Assembly (NCBI RefSeq): GCF_963676685.1
Contig: NC_092352.1
Coordinates: forward strand, 19,468,001-19,532,000
Direction: 5' to 3'
DNA: 64,000 nt
Source: Mytilus edulis
Taxonomy: Eukaryota
Each line of letters opens with the position of its first letter. Positions within the stretch are counted from its first letter, which is position 1. Shown here one piece after another: positions 14,230-28,793 of this stretch. The notes under the pieces were generated by a model, which saw nothing but the letters and a program-made list of their open reading frames with translations, searched no databases and was not told where the DNA came from. Both the position numbers and the translations under genes were made by a program.

Positions 14230-14316
14230 CCGGGAATTCCTTTGTCGTCTTTTTTATCCCGGAATTCCTTTGTCGTCTTTTTTATCCCGGAATTCCTTTG
14301 TCGTCTTTTATTCCCG
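14230..14316. repeat. 28-bp tandem repeat x3 (cccggaattcctttgtcgtcttttttat)
   Basis: Direct repeats visible in the sequence. Confidence 0.85.
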
Positions 14317-14805
14317 GTCTCGCTTTTCTACTTGAAACTTTTTCGCGATGCTTTGTCATCAGATATCTCGGCTCATAAAATAAATAGAGTTGTTATTTGT
14401 TATTTGTTATTCCCCCCCCCCCCCCCCCCCGCTTTTTACAACATTGAGCATATCTTTATATATGTTAAAACGTATCAAAGGTTAGTAATTTTTAATTCTA
14501 CGATGTTTTTTATTCTACCTTTTGATAATTTGATATACGACGTTTTTATTAAATGAAAATGTTATAGAAAACGATTGATTGGTTGAATGATGTTTTTAAA
14601 TCTGATCTGATCAACCTTTACCTTGCAAAAGAACAGTTACACTCGTTTGTTAAAATATACGTGCCGTATACTATAACTCTCATTTCATAGTTTGTTTTAT
14701 TGGATTTAAAGTATAACAAATAATATCAAAACTATATATATAAGAACACCAGCGTGATACAAGTACGCATTTTTATCGAGTTTCCCAGTCAATCCTAATT
14801 TACTG

Positions 14806-15130
14806 AGAAGATGTGGTATGTGTGCCAATGAGAAAACTATCCATCCAAGTCATATTGTTTAAAAAGCTAATAATTATAAGTCAGCGTACGTCCGCCATGA
14901 AAAGCAAGCTCTAAAGGGCCTAAACCAAAGTGACTGTAGTGTAGAACAATTCAAACAGAAAAACCAAAACAACAAAAAAAGAGAAACGAGATACTTTTGA
15001 GAACAACAAACGACAACCACTGAACAACAGACTCCTTAGGAAAGATGCATAAACATGCAGCGGGATTAAACGTTTAAGCAGGCACCAACCTTCACCTTAG
15101 CCTGAGACAGTAGTGTGAAATTACAACTTA
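14806..15130 (-). mobile_element. High-copy SINE-like repeat, family A, with twister-like core
   Basis: Shares gaagatgtggtatg..tgccaatgag and caaacgacaaccactgaa with the copies at 21915, 42345, 52683, 57421 and 60540. Confidence 0.75.
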
Positions 15131-15205
15131 ACACATGACATTGGTAAAATCTCTTTGTTCTTACTGTGCTATAATCTGAATAACGCACAGCTAAGGTGTG
15201 CATTA

Positions 15206-18200
15206 AGCTAGGTTGACACTGCCGATCAGATCAACTCGATGATCCCGATTGTCCAAATTTCCACGACCAAGCTCAACCAAATTCTACCCGACCGCCATCC
15301 GACTGTACACGACTTTAACTCGACCATTCACGACTCCTTAATGACTCCATCACGACTACCTCCCGACAACAAAATGAATACTTATTCGATAACTCCGATC
15401 AATTAACGATCTTTACACGATCTTTGCTCGACTAGCTAGACCAAATTAAATATTCACGATCTCAGCCTGATCTCGACCAGACCAGATCGACCTGATCGTA
15501 TAAGGGTCGTAGGTATAATCGGGAATTGGTCGGGTATGCACATTTTTAGTATAAAAACGTTCGATTTTTATTCCCCGCCGCTTCGGAGTGGAGATAAAGT
15601 GTTTCCCTTGTCCGTCCGTACGCACGTGTACGCCCCAACACGTCATAATGTTATATATGCTAGCTAGGGCATTATCAGTGTCCAATGGACACATAGACCG
15701 TTTATTTGGTTATATTCAGTAGAAGGTCCGAGTAAAATCATACATTTAAAATATCTACATAGAAATATAGCAATTGGATTTGTGGGCAAGGTGCATCTTC
15801 GCTTGGATCGTAGCCATTGGCTAGCGAAGATGAGGGAAGTGGATCGTTCGTTACCCATGACTAGCCAAGATGGGACAAGGTGGTGCTCAGAGAGACAGGT
15901 TAATAGCTGTGACGGAGCTTGAAGAGTGCATAGAAGATGAACAAGATTGTCTAGACAGCAACGGGCGCCAAGAAATCTAGATGAGACACGACGACCATTG
16001 TGTGGGCATGCAGTGTCACAGTGGAAAAATGGACAAAAATTGATTTTGAGACTTTTCGGACATTTTGTAAAAGTTTTGTAAAATCACTGTTTTGTTATAT
16101 TTGCAATATTTCACTAAGAGATTTTGTTATTTTTATTGCGCAAGATTTAAGTCAAGTTTAGAAGATTAAGCTAATCTAATTTCATGTTTTAATTTGTTTC
16201 TCAATTAGCGATATTTTACTTCAAAATGATCTATTATTCGTATATGACAAGCCAAGACTTTAATTCCATAAATAAGTCTGTATGTTCTATTGTTAATTAT
16301 TATCTATGTGTTAATTTTTCTGTAATCCCTTTATTGAATTTTCTCACTCATTTAGAGAAATACTTGTCAAGTCTATTTAAGTTGTTTTTGGTTCGTTATA
16401 TAAACTATGTTGTTATTTTCATGTGGCAGATTGGATTTATATATATAGTATTACACTGAGCAGTTCCAACTCTGTATGCTGAACTTATTAAATTATACAT
16501 CGCGCTAACCAGAGTCGTCTTTTGTTACAAGAGCTAGTCCCAGAGTTAGAGTCCGTGTAGACTTGTCGTTCTGTTTATTGTATGTGTGTGGTTCCAGGCC
16601 AACACATTTCCCATTCACAGATACACCCCAGAATCTATTTGTGACAGCAGTATGAGAGACTTGCACTAACTCAACAAAGAGGAAATCAATGCTTATCAAA
16701 ACTTCCTTATAGTGGACACTGATATATAATGGTAGTTTTATTGCTCTTTTTTTGGAAATGACACCACAAAATGAGATTTGTCACTGGATTAGTACTTATG
16801 TTAGATAGCAATATACATAAACTTTACCATCCCCATTTCCTTGCTTTCTTACAAATAAAGTGTACTGTTTTTCAAATATATGTGCATAAAATATGTAATC
16901 AGTATTTTTCATAGATTACATACCCAGTAGTTTTAATGGTTAAAGATATTGATTTTTTTTTTTGCTGTATGGCAACAACCTGTATGTATTTGCCAAAAAA
17001 TATTGCAAAAAGAGGGCAAAGATGTCACATATTTCCCCCAAATTTGACCCAAAGTAGAATTTCAATCCCCTGGAGTGATACCTTTTCTGAAACAGTTTAC
17101 AACTTTACATATATCTATCAAGAGATCAAGAGTGCATTTCTTTCTAACCAAAGTTTGGTAAAAGTTGTGTGCCGTTTGCTATATATAGTTTGTTAAATGT
17201 TACAAAAATAGAAACAAATGCATCGTTTGGTTAGAGGGGATTGAAATTTTGAGTAATTTTAGACAAAGTTTGGAGTTATGACAAGCAACAACACGTTTAG
17301 ATGATTGATTTAATTTCAAAGTTAGAAAGAAATGCTTCGTTTGAACTAACAAACGACGAACGACAAACTACAGACGCATTTGCAGCGAGTTTAAATTGTC
17401 AAAGTTTATGCATGAAAACTTGCTAAAGTATGTTAGAAACAAATGATCAAAACGTGTGCTCGCTGAACACTTTGTATCGTTACTGTTAGAAAGAAATTCG
17501 CACCAAATAAAAAATATCTGTCTTTCATCTCATTTTTGTGTGAAATTACGTAAAAAAAGTTCGAATAAAAAAAATGACTGTAAGGTGACCTATAGTTGTC
17601 ATTGTGTGTTCTGTGAAGAGGTCTCATTGGCAATTGTACCACATCCTCTTTTTTATGCTACAAACATTTCTAGACAAACGAAAAATACGGACAGATAAAA
17701 CAGAATATAGTCCATAAACAGGTAAAATATAATCTTGATGTTCTTATAAACCAACTTTGAAAGATAACTTAGTCATCAGCAGTCTAACAATGAATATCAT
17801 TGCACAATTACTTTAATATTTGAAAAATCCGCCGGTGCCAACATTGCAGGATTTTCTTCCCTTCCGGAACATCTAAGATCATCCACGGTTGTGTTGGGTT
17901 ACGTGTTGCTAAGTTTTAATTTTTCTATGTTATGTCGACTGCCAGTTGTCTTCTCGTCGGTTTTCGTTATTCGCTATGGCTGTGTCGGTTTGTTTTCGAC
18001 CTTTGCGTTTGATTGTTCCTTTGGTGTCTTTTGCCTCTCTTTTGAAGTGTTACCTCTCCTTGCAAAAGGAAAGACATGTACTGTACATGGTGGAATTTTT
18101 GTAGGGTTAAAAATAATGTTGTCAATATATTTTTGCGGAAGCAGAGTTATGAGAGTTAATCAGATCTGCACACACTTTTAGAGAATCGTGTATGGCCGAG

Positions 18201-18608
18201 TAGAGATCGAAGAGTGATCGAATGTGGTCGCGGAGGGATCGGGTATTTGTCGAGTTAGTCTAGGATCAAATAAATATACAAGTCGCATGCAGTGATCTGG
18301 AAGCGATCGGGCATTGGTCGAGTTGATCTGGAAATGATCGGACATTAGTCGAGCAAAGGTCGAAATGATCGAGTACTGATCGGTAAAATTTTTGTATTCC
18401 GACCAAACTCGATCTCTACACGATCCTTTCCCGATCAATTCGACCGCTACTCGACGAATTCTCGATCTCTCCTCGACATGTCAAAAACTCTCGGGTAGAA
18501 AGTCAGATCGATGACGAGCAAGGTAGAGTATCCCGAACATTCTTGACGATTGAGTCAGACCAGTCTCCCGATCACGTAATTTGGCTTGATCGAGTTGATC
18601 TGATCGGC
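15206..18608. mobile_element. Decayed PIF/Harbinger-like DNA transposon with nested insertions, in TMEM26 intron 1
   Basis: Perfect 20-bp inverted match gccgatcagatcaactcgat (15221-40) / atcgagttgatctgatcggc (18589-608), with mirror-image cga-rich subterminal blocks. The left end (tta)agctaggttgacact is present but the outermost right end is missing. The superfamily call is inference. Confidence 0.6.
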
Positions 18609-18924
18609 CTCAGATATACTGCACAGTTCAAATCTATTTTTACCTTTAGGGGCGTTTCCTGGATTCTGAAAGGGGTGTTACATGTATTCTATAAAATTAA
18701 AAATTATCAACAAATGTAGCGAGACAAAAATGTTACGTTTTTCAATTAGAGGATGATCAACCTATTCGCTCCCCCCCCCCCCAAAAAAAAAAAAAAAAAC
18801 GAATCCGCCATCTGACTCGAAGTTACAAAAAAGTTGATTTATGAAACACCTTGTACAAACATCGCAATTTCAAAATAAGAAAAAAAAATATAAATCGATT
18901 GTTAGTGTTTTGACGTCACTTATT

Positions 18925-19131
18925 TAGTGGTGCCCAGTTTTTATTGGTAGAAGAATCCGGAGTGTCCAGAGAAAACCACACACCTTTGATAGGAAAAACA
19001 ACAGCTTTTAATCAATTATTATTGGAGTCGAAAACCCCCGCACGGGCAGAGTTAGCCTTCAACTCCTCAGTGTTGACAGTCTAGTGATTACAGTAGAAGA
19101 ACTACTTAGACTTCGTGGCAAACGAGGCCCC
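18925..19131 (-). mobile_element. tRNA-derived SINE with V-domain-like core
   Basis: The minus strand starts ggggcctcgtttgccacgaagtctaag (decayed tRNA A-box head) and contains ggttttctctggacactccggattcttc, similar to the V-SINE core gggttttctccgggtactccggtttcc. Confidence 0.6.
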
Positions 19132-21914
19132 TGATGAGAAAAGAAAGGTTTCTCCCTCCTTTTTTATTATCTAAACTTGGACATATATATTTTATTATAT
19201 TTTGTGTAAACAATGTAATTCTTAAATTAGTGTTTTGAAGTTATAACAGATAATAACGTTTTTTTGTAGTTCCTGCCAAAAAAGATATCATGTATTCAGG
19301 ATTATTCAAATAATTGAAATCTGATTTGAATAAGTTTTAGACTCAATGAAATTCATTACGATTTTTGGCATATTTATTCCTAAAAAGGGAATAATTGGGT
19401 ATCGAATATAAATTTTGGGTCCGGGGGAGGGGGGTGGTAAAAGATTGGAAAAAGAATCGTTGTTTCTGTTTATTTAACATTTAAATTTATGTTCTAACAT
19501 CTTCATCGGTTCATCTTCCTCTAAGCATATCATTAAGGAAAGAACAGCAATTAATCTTTACTCAATAACACCGTTTGAAAACTTATGTAATATGTCATTC
19601 CATTTTTACGAGAAAACAAAATTGCATTGCACTGTTAGATATACATATGATTTGTTACTGTACCTAGAATTCAAAGTTTGTCTTTGATTAGTCAACCAGA
19701 AGTTTAATGGACACAACATGTTTTATGATACGAAGCACAGAGATATAAAATGTATTGTGAATATTTATATTTTGCTAGTTTCTCATAATAAAATATCTAC
19801 AAAGAAGTCTTGTTCTAGAATAAAGATAAATATGTAACGACAAATTAAAAGTTTAATAAGTAAGAATATGATTTGGTATTTTTTTCTATACATAACTAAG
19901 CATTTAAACTAACAATTGTCCTTTGCAATACTTACTTTCCCACCACTGCATAAAATAATGATGACTATCAAAAGATGAAATTGCAACATCGGATAGTAAT
20001 TACTTATACTTTAACTTTCGATACACTGTTTACGAATATAAACTCTTTTGTTGGAGTTAACGAAACAAAGAGCAGGGTCGAATTCAGCCATTTTCAAAAG
20101 GGAAAGTTTCATGCCTAGGATAAGGGGGGTGTCCAACTAAAGAATACCGTTCATACCCAAACATGCATGGCCTTTTTATCACCACAATGTTTTAATGTAT
20201 TTCATATGTAACGTCAGTTAGTTCTCAGCTTGGTAACTTTTACGATATCGTAGTGATAAGATACAGTCTATCAGATTTTTTTTAAATCTAATTTAAATGA
20301 TTTTTTCCCTGAAGCTACTCTTGAGTAGAACATTTATGAATATGTCAACGATTTTGTTTGACTTTCGTAGATTATGCAGCTGTCGCTGAGATATAAGAAC
20401 TTAAACTATATATGCCAAAACACCATTTTTGTTTGTTTAGTGAATATATAAAAAAAAATGCATATATATAGGCTATGGATTTGTAATAAATGTTAAAAAA
20501 AACGTGCAAAAAAGACTTAGTTTAGTACATGTGCATACATTGCTAAATAATTTATTTGACATTATGATTACAAGAAGCTCGTTACATATGACTTTATATA
20601 ATAGAGATTAAACCAAAGATCAACTCAACACGGAAAAAAGCAATTTGACCAAGTACAACCACTGCTATTAAAATGAACTAATTGGATCAATCGACTTACT
20701 GTGATGTTTTGTTAATATACCATATCATAATAATTACAAATGATTCTAACATGCCATTTGGTTCTTTGCTATATTATTCGCCCTCTTTTGGACATTTAAC
20801 TTTTTATATTTTGAGAACTGACATGCTTTACCCTATCGGCTGTGAAACAATCTTTTACTATTTAATGGGACTATTTCTATGTAAAGTATTCAAGGTCACT
20901 TAATAACACTCTCAAGCACCAAAACAAATCGAAATAAAGTATTCAGTGAACGGCATGTTTTCGTTTTAACTGCTCTTTAGTATATATTTTTTTAGCAATT
21001 CATGATATAAAGGAATTGTTTTTTTCTAAATGATATAGATCTGCAATTCCTAGATTTGATTTTGCAATAGCGCCATTACAGCTCTTTGGTTGGTTTCTGG
21101 TTAAATCACTATGCATAAACGTTCAAGGTCAAGAGTTCAGAAGTTCATTTATATTGCTGTACTTAGAGGACCCACTCCCTATCTTGTTCTAATACCACTG
21201 TCTGACCGTTTATGTCAAGAAATTAAATTAAACATAACCGTCTCATGACCGCCAGCTATAAGTACAGTATTTTATTGAAAAGATAGTCCATAAAAGTACA
21301 TACATTTTCATTATTTAATTTAAATAGATAAGTTTTATAATGTTCAGCTCAAATAATAAAACTAAAAGTAGGTGATTTAATTATTATTTCTATACCCCCT
21401 TGATAATTTCAATAAATGTGTAAAAACATTTACATTTCTTGTGACAGTCAATGTATGATAATTGATACTGTACCAAATTAAAGTTTAAGTACTTTGATTA
21501 ATTATTGCGTCCTTTTGTCAACATTTGTTTTGCACCAACATAGATTCAATATTATATTAAAGTATCGCCGATCGTAATACATATAATACAAACTTCATTA
21601 GTTTACACATATTGTATTAGCATGCTCAAAGCAAATCAGACACAAGTAAAACATACTTATAAAGTCTTCTCCACAATACAATATATAATTATATATCAAT
21701 AAAAATTTAATTTCCCTTTGATCGGGTTATTGTCTCTTTGACACATTCCTCTTTGACACATTCCCCATTTTAGTTCTCAATTATTTTTTTTACTCTTAAA
21801 ATGTATCAGTGTAATGTCTCAACTTCAAATTTATCTTCTTCAGCTTAATTTTTAGTGCTATTCTCCTTGGCCTCAAACTGGAAATATGGACACCTGAATT
21901 GTTTAAATTGTTAT

Positions 21915-22330
21915 AAGATGTGGTATGAGTGCCAATGAGACACCTCTCCATCCAAGTAACAGTGTATAAAGTAAACCATTATAGGTCAAGGTACGATACG
22001 GCCCTCAACACAAAGTTTTTGCTCACACCGAACGGCAAGCTATAAAGGGCCCCAAAATTACTAGTGAAAAACCATTCAAACGAGAAAACCAACGGTCTAA
22101 TCTATATAAAAACGAAAAACGAGAAACACCTCTGAACCCCATAAACTGACGACAACCACTGAACAACGGATTCCTGACTTAGGACAGGTGCAAACTATTG
22201 CAGCTGGATAACTTGAACGTTTTAATGGTACCATACCTTTTCCCTTTTCTGAAACAATAGTATAACATCACACCATAGAAAGACACACTATAAAATATTA
22301 ATTGGAATGACTTTACTCAATCAAAAAACG
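21915..22330 (-). mobile_element. High-copy SINE-like repeat, family A, with twister-like core
   Basis: Same family motifs. The core cctgtcctaagtcagg is intact on the minus strand at 22173-22188. Confidence 0.8.
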
Positions 22331-24086
22331 TAGTAACACAAATTTACACCCAATGGACAAATAAGGTCGTTCTGTGATACAATGTAAATAAATAGTTAAT
22401 AAAAAAATAAGGGATGATTAAAGTAAAAGTATAAACCGCTCAATGTGTATACTAAGGTTAATGTTCCTATTTTTTTATTCTGGATGTTCAGTGAATCTTA
22501 AGTCAAGTTAGTCAATCTGGCTTTCACAAATGTGTTTAATTTTCTTGTCTTTTGGTTTCGGGCATATCTGTTGCGAATAACCATAGAACAACGGGTTATG
22601 ATTTGGGACTTGAAAATCCGTACGTGTTTCTTATGTACATGAGTACCGAGGATTTTGTACCTAATATTGATTAACTTCTGTCTGATTAAAAAAAAAACAC
22701 ACACACAAAAAAAAAGTCTTTTGTTAGTTTATATACCTTAAATTGATGGATTTACTTTTTGGTAATATTTTACCTTTGAGGAATTCATATTAAATAACGA
22801 CTATTCATTATATGCTGAGTGGAATTCTTTAATTAGAATCATTTGTAAAGTTTCCTTTTTCAACAAATTAATTTTCCTCTATTTTCCTGTCATGGAATCA
22901 CGCTTCGATGGCAGTCCATTTAGATGTAGATATGTAAAGTCTATTTTAAAAGCTATTAAAGTTATTATACTGTAGACGAAAATATATGTTCATCCCATAA
23001 AAACGAGGAAATGGAAATTGAAGTTTTAACCTTTCCTCGTTTAAAGAAAAAGTAGCAACACGCCCCACTTTCCAAAACAAACAGAAGGTAGTCAGGAAAA
23101 GGCCCAAATAATATGCTAATTATTAATTTATATAAATTCTATGAAATATTATCTCGGTGTACCGGTCTACCGGTGGTCATATCTCTCAACACGTTCACTT
23201 GTGGCGTTTTTTATTTTAACGAACGTAATCTATGTTATGCTGGTAAATTATTAAGTTAATGATTTCTGGATTTCAATCGTTAACACAGATTCCTTTAAAC
23301 ATTTATTAGGTTTAGCTTAAATTTTTTATTTCAAACGGGATAGCACATCCACATTTTACAGAGATGTTATTTACCATGCCGGAAACTTAGAAACGATCCT
23401 GGTAAATTATCGATTCTTTAACTTGATAAACGTATTCTGAGATGTTACCAACTCAACACTGGTCACTTTATTAAGCCAAACATCTTGCAATAGTATTAAA
23501 CAGTTGATTTTTCTTCACTTTGTACAAATATTCCCAATTCCAAACTAAAAGAAAAAATAATTGAAAGAGTTGGTCTTGTTTATTTCATAACTTAAATGAG
23601 TAGCTTAGTTATGGCTTAAAGTGACCAACAAGGGAAAATATTACCGCTTATTTTTTTAATATCACGTGATATAAAATAGTACGTACATGCATGTCATGTA
23701 TGTTGTACCCGTATTACTAGTACCGTTATTAATGTAATTTCCCACTATACTAACGAACCCTTGGAAATAAAAATAATCAAGTTAGACAACATATCTCTCA
23801 TCAACAATAACGAAGTGCAGGATAACGCATTCAATTAAAGCTACCTGTTTTACTTAGAACTTTTAATACACAAAGAACTCATATGCTATAATTGTATTTT
23901 GAAGATAAATAATTTGACATTGACAATTGCTACCTGTTGAAATGATATATTTGTCAACACAAGATATATGAGATAAAGCATATATTGTCAGGAGAGGTTA
24001 TACTACAATCAAAAACGTCTGCATCAACAATAGAACGTTTCATGACGTATCGTATTATCAAGTATCGTTGAACAAATCTTTACACT

Positions 24087-24533
24087 TAGAATGAAATTCA
24101 AAACAGTGTGGCTGTGGCCATTGATTGACACATTAAATTCATCCATTGACTGGGACAATTTACGTGAACGTTTGTCTGTAACGACCACTGTTCACGACGT
24201 GCCTACGATAGACATTTAAACTGTGGGGTCACCAAAGGTTTCTTAACGCCTTTAATTATAAAATGATTCGAAAAATTAATCAGGAATAACCTTTATCTTT
24301 TGATTTATATAATTGATATAAATCAAAACATCGTGTTATTTCTGATTAATTTTTCGAATTACTTTATTAAGGTGTTGAGAACCTTTGGTGACCCCATAGT
24401 TTAAGTGTCTTTAAAAAGAACATTGTGAGCAGTGGTCGTTACATACAAACGTTCACCTAAATTGTCCCAGGCAATGGATGAATTTAATGTGTCAATCAAT
24501 GGCCACAGCCACACTGTTTTGAATTTCATTCTA
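24087..24533. mobile_element. 447-bp palindromic MITE, TA-flanked (copy 1)
   Basis: Nearly full-length inverted arms starting tagaatgaaattcaaaacagtgtggctgtggcc. A near-identical inverted copy is at 32673-33119. Confidence 0.92.
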
Positions 24534-24839
24534 TTTACATCCAAAAAGATTCTTTGTTCATAATTTAATTAACATGTTTCAATACTTATAAAAATTATGA
24601 CATTAATTTTGTCCGTGTCAATCTTATTTTTCAAAATGCAATACAATGCCGTATGTTTATACGATGCTATCTTATATAACGTAACAATCGATGGCTGACT
24701 TGCAAGCAAATACTGCATACCTAGTTTTTCTACAGTCACTCCACTGGTACGAAATAATGTTACTATACAAGTACCAGGCCACGTCCACTCTGTTTTTGTT
24801 AGATGTATTGCTATTTGTATCCACCTGGTGATTTGATTC

Positions 24840-25226
24840 TTTTTTAACTGATTCTATAGTTCGTTCTTATGTTTTACTGTTACACCACTGTCATAGAAGG
24901 GAGGGTTGGGATCCCCCTAACATGTTTAACCACTTTACATTCTGTATGTACGTGTCTGTCCTTTGTCAGGAGCTTGCAATTCAGTGGTTGTCGTTTGTTG
25001 ATGTGTTACTTATTTGTTTTTCGTTCATTGTTTTGTACATAAGTTAGGCCGTTAGTTTTTTCGTTTGAATTGTTTTAAATACATTTGTCGTTTCGGGGCC
25101 TTTTATAGCTTACGGGCTGTGCTCATTGTTAAATGCCATACGGTGACCTATAGTTGTCAATTTCTGTATCATTTGGTCTCTTGTGTAAAGGTGTCTCATT
25201 GGCAATCATCCAGCATCTTCTTTTTT
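24840..25226 (+). mobile_element. High-copy SINE-like repeat, family A, with twister-like core
   Basis: Reverse orientation of the 57421 copy. Core gggagggttgggatcc...tttaacc...gtctgtcctttgtcagga. Confidence 0.8.
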
Positions 25227-26010
25227 ATAATCTAAGCCCATCAGTATTAATTCTGCAAATGTGTGTTAACACCTTTCTTTCTTTCTTCGTTGGATCACAC
25301 AATTCTGTGACCCGTTGCAACGCCTCTAAGACTGAACCATATCACCAACTAGGCTATATTAAAGATATCATTCGTTAGTAGAGTGATTCCGTTCCTCGGC
25401 ATCAGCTTTGCCTAGAATTATAACTCAGTCAACGATGTATGGTGGCATGGTGGCATATCTTGCAGATTAAATATTTGTATATCAGTCGTATGCAGTCACA
25501 TCAATATGTGTTTTTATCATACACATGTCTAAATATGTGACAACTTTACTACTGACAAGTTTTTTGAAGTCTTTCAAGATAGTTTAACTTTTAATGTACG
25601 TTTAATTCTAACTTGAACTCACCGGCAATATGATATTAACTTCATAATGTCACAGGACTTCCTAATGGTACCGACCGTGCAAGGGCTGTAAAACCAGTCA
25701 AGGTCATTAAACACTTCCAATCACTATAATTTGAATATACTTGACACATGTGTGTCAAATATAAATATGGACATATGTAAGTGTCGTGTTAAACAGTCAT
25801 CGTGAATTTTACATATAAATTTAAAAATCTAGCATGTCACGTGCAGAACCTGCAAATGATAACAAAAAAACAGGACATGCATACGATTTTTTCGACATCC
25901 GTAAAATAAAATATTTTGAAGGTTGAAAGACGAAGATAACGATTCGACAAAATAAGGCTGATGAAGTAGTCTATATTTGGTTATTTAAAATGTATTTTTT
26001 TTTCATTTAG

Positions 26011-26158
26011 GTTTAGTCCCTGTATATTGTTTTACTTAGCGGGGACAGTTCCAGCTATATGGATACTTGAAATTGACAGACTGGAGAAATTTACAGAAAT
26101 CAGTGAATCAGCCAATATAACAAATGCTCAAAACGAGGCACTATCTGCAATAAGTGGA
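26011..26158 (+). CDS. TMEM26: Transmembrane protein 26, coding exon 2
   Basis: Polypyrimidine tract plus ag at 26009-10. Reads (W)FSPCILFYLAGTVPAIWILE...SAISG, the conserved TMEM26 P..W.LE motif. Donor gtaagt at 26159; phases are compatible with the flanking exons. Confidence 0.9.
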
Positions 26159-26640
26159 GTAAGTGAACAAACACATTAAATACTTGCTGTGGTAATCACT
26201 TATTTGTAATAAAAATCAATCTTCAGGGTATTAAGACATTTAGAGAATTACTACATCTAATAGTCACAGTAGACTGAGTAGTGATTATTAAGACATTTAG
26301 AGAATTACTACATCTAATAGTCACAGTAGTGATTATTTTCAAAAGTCGTAAAAGTACTCAAGGTATGCCGCGAACAGTTAAAAGTAAAATAACAAAATGC
26401 TCCTGAATGGGTTTGACCGACAGACAAACGTCTACATAATATTCATCAGTTTCGATTCAATCAAAATAGCAATTACGAAAACCAAAAATTGAATTGTTCT
26501 GTCAACTCATCAATCGTCCTGAGCATGCCTGAAATATTTGCCACTGGACCTTAAGCAACAAACAACCAATTATATTTCACAAAGTGCAGATTTTACTGTT
26601 GCTAATGATTTAATTAATATTTCCTCTATTATGCTAACAG

Positions 26641-27375
26641 GTATCACTGCCAGTTAAACTTGATGCGGACACTTGGGTATCAGTGCTAGAACAGTCTATG
26701 TTATTCATATTCATTCTGACAAGATGGATGTTGCCTAGAGGACGAATAACACGTGACCAGTTATCTCAACTGCTATTTGTTTATATTGGATCAGCGTCTG
26801 ACGTCATGGAGTTATTTGTTGTGTTTGAAGAACCTGAAATTAGGTCAGACTTATACCTGAGTTATGCTACATTAGGAGTCTGGTCATTGAGTTTGATTCA
26901 GTTTTGTTTGATACTTACTTCAACCAGGGATATCGGTGGTAAAATAGTTGCAAGGGAGACTGACCTTGAAGCTGAGGTGCCAGAAAATACCCCAAAGGGT
27001 GAAGAAAAGGAGAAAATGCCAAGTTGCTGCGATAGAGTATTTGAAGTAGAAATTTGGAGCTTATTTATTTCCATGTTTTTACAAGATGGTCCTTTTTTAG
27101 TTGTCAGACTGTACTCAATAATTGTTAAGGGGGTATTGTCTTACGGAATACTTTTCTTTACGGCCAAAAATGTGCTTGTTCTCTTTTTACAGTTCTATCG
27201 CATAATAGTGATATGTAAGAAAATCAACACCATTGGCTCAGAGGAAGAAGACAAACCGACTCCTTTAAAAGATAGAAAGTCAGTCCCACCTGCAAAGAAA
27301 GCATCAAAGCAATCACTAATATCAAATAAAATTATTGGTTCCACCTCAACTAAAAACAGTTTTCTTGATCCATAG
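26641..27375 (+). CDS. TMEM26: Transmembrane protein 26, coding exon 3 (terminal)
   Basis: ctaacag acceptor. Encodes LEQ...RWMLPRGRITRDQLSQLLFVYIGSASDVME, QDGPFLVVRL and FFTAKN, all TMEM26 hallmarks. TAG at 27373-75. Confidence 0.95.
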   Translation, partial: VSLPVKLDADTWVSVLEQSMLFIFILTRWMLPRGRITRDQLSQLLFVYIGSASDVMELFVVFEEPEIRSDLYLSYATLGVWSLSLIQFCLILTSTRDIGGKIVARETDLEAEVPENTPKGEEKEKMPSCCDRVFEVEIWSLFISMFLQDGPFLVVRLYSIIVKGVLSYGILFFTAKNVLVLFLQFYRIIVICKKINTIGSEEEDKPTPLKDRKSVPPAKKASKQSLISNKIIGSTSTKNSFLDP

Positions 27376-28793
27376 CAGATTGTCATGTCAACATACGTAC
27401 CAAACCAAAAACGATAATCTGGTTTTTAATACAGTCTTAACTAAATGAAACGTTGGTAGATAGTTCCAGACCAACACCCTGATGACATCACATTATTAAA
27501 TATCAATTTGATATTTTAAAATATGTACAATAGAGAAAACAAGCTTACATTACAAATGTATGCTATTCATGTTTGCATGCACACATTTAAAAACATTTTT
27601 TTTTAATATAATATTATGTTCGAGGTCAAATCAAAAGCTGCAGTATAAACAAACTAAGTATTGATGAAAGATATCGTAAGAATTTACTTTGAGGCTTCAA
27701 GACGTACATATGTAAACATTAAACAGTAGTTGATATATCTTGCCATGTTTATAAGAGCCGATCGATGTAATCCGTCCAAATATGTATGGGGTATTTCCAT
27801 GAACTGTGATAATGATCTTGTTATTTTTATTTGCTGTTTCACATATTTAAATAAGCATTGTATATTGTTTTTTTTTATTATCGTTATTATTCATATTTAA
27901 GTAAAATATTTTCAAATACTTTTAATGACTAAATACGTTATACATGACAGCAACCATATTTCGATGATATTTTAGTGATAAAAAGTTAATGCAACTCTTA
28001 TTTTTGGGACTTTCGATATGACAATTTACAAATTAGGACATAGTAATATATTTTTGACAAAAATGATTAATAATTACATTTTTTTTGTTTTCATTTCTGT
28101 ACAGTAGCCTTAATTTCATAAATCTTGAATTGACTTTAAGTATACATTTTAGTAAAAGTTATTTCATTTACTGAATTCATAATGTGAAATCTAAAGAAAA
28201 GTGCAACTAGTTACACGAAAACAGGTAAATCTGTGATAGCTTATGCATGAATAGTGCGATATAATCGTTTCTTCGATTAGAAGCTTCTTGTTATATAAAA
28301 AAAAAATGTATTCTAAAAATGTTAAGCATTTGCTGTATAAATCTTATGTTTATAATATATTTTTTGTTTATTATTGTTCTAATATTGTTAATGTGCCGTC
28401 CAGCTTTTGACGTCCAACTTCACGGCCGACACTCGGCTAACCGAGAGTTTGGTCGGTTAATCTATATTGAGTATGCGGCTATATCGGCGGTTGGTCTGTT
28501 AATCGGGTTGGCTAACCATACTGAAATCATTGTGTGAAAAATCTTCACGAAAATCTGTTTTTTGGTGACATACATCAATCTTTAATTAAAATCTGGTCTG
28601 TTAATGGGTCGGATGTATAAAACCCGGTCTGTTAATTGGTCTGTTAAGAGTTATGAATGGCAATAAAAGTATAATTTTATTGCTATATGGGGTGTTATCG
28701 GATCAAATGGGTAGGCTCAAGACGAGCGGCTAAAATATACGGAAACAACACATGAGCAATGAAACATAAAATATACGGAAACAACACATGAAC

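Noticed and set aside
14341-14362. CTGATGA...GAAA on the minus strand as a hammerhead
   Set aside because: The intervening sequence cannot form stem II, and no stems I or III are present.
24079-24541. 8-bp hAT-type TSD for the palindromic MITE (tttacact/tttacatc)
   Set aside because: Only 6/8 match and copy 2 has no such duplication; TA flanks fit both copies.
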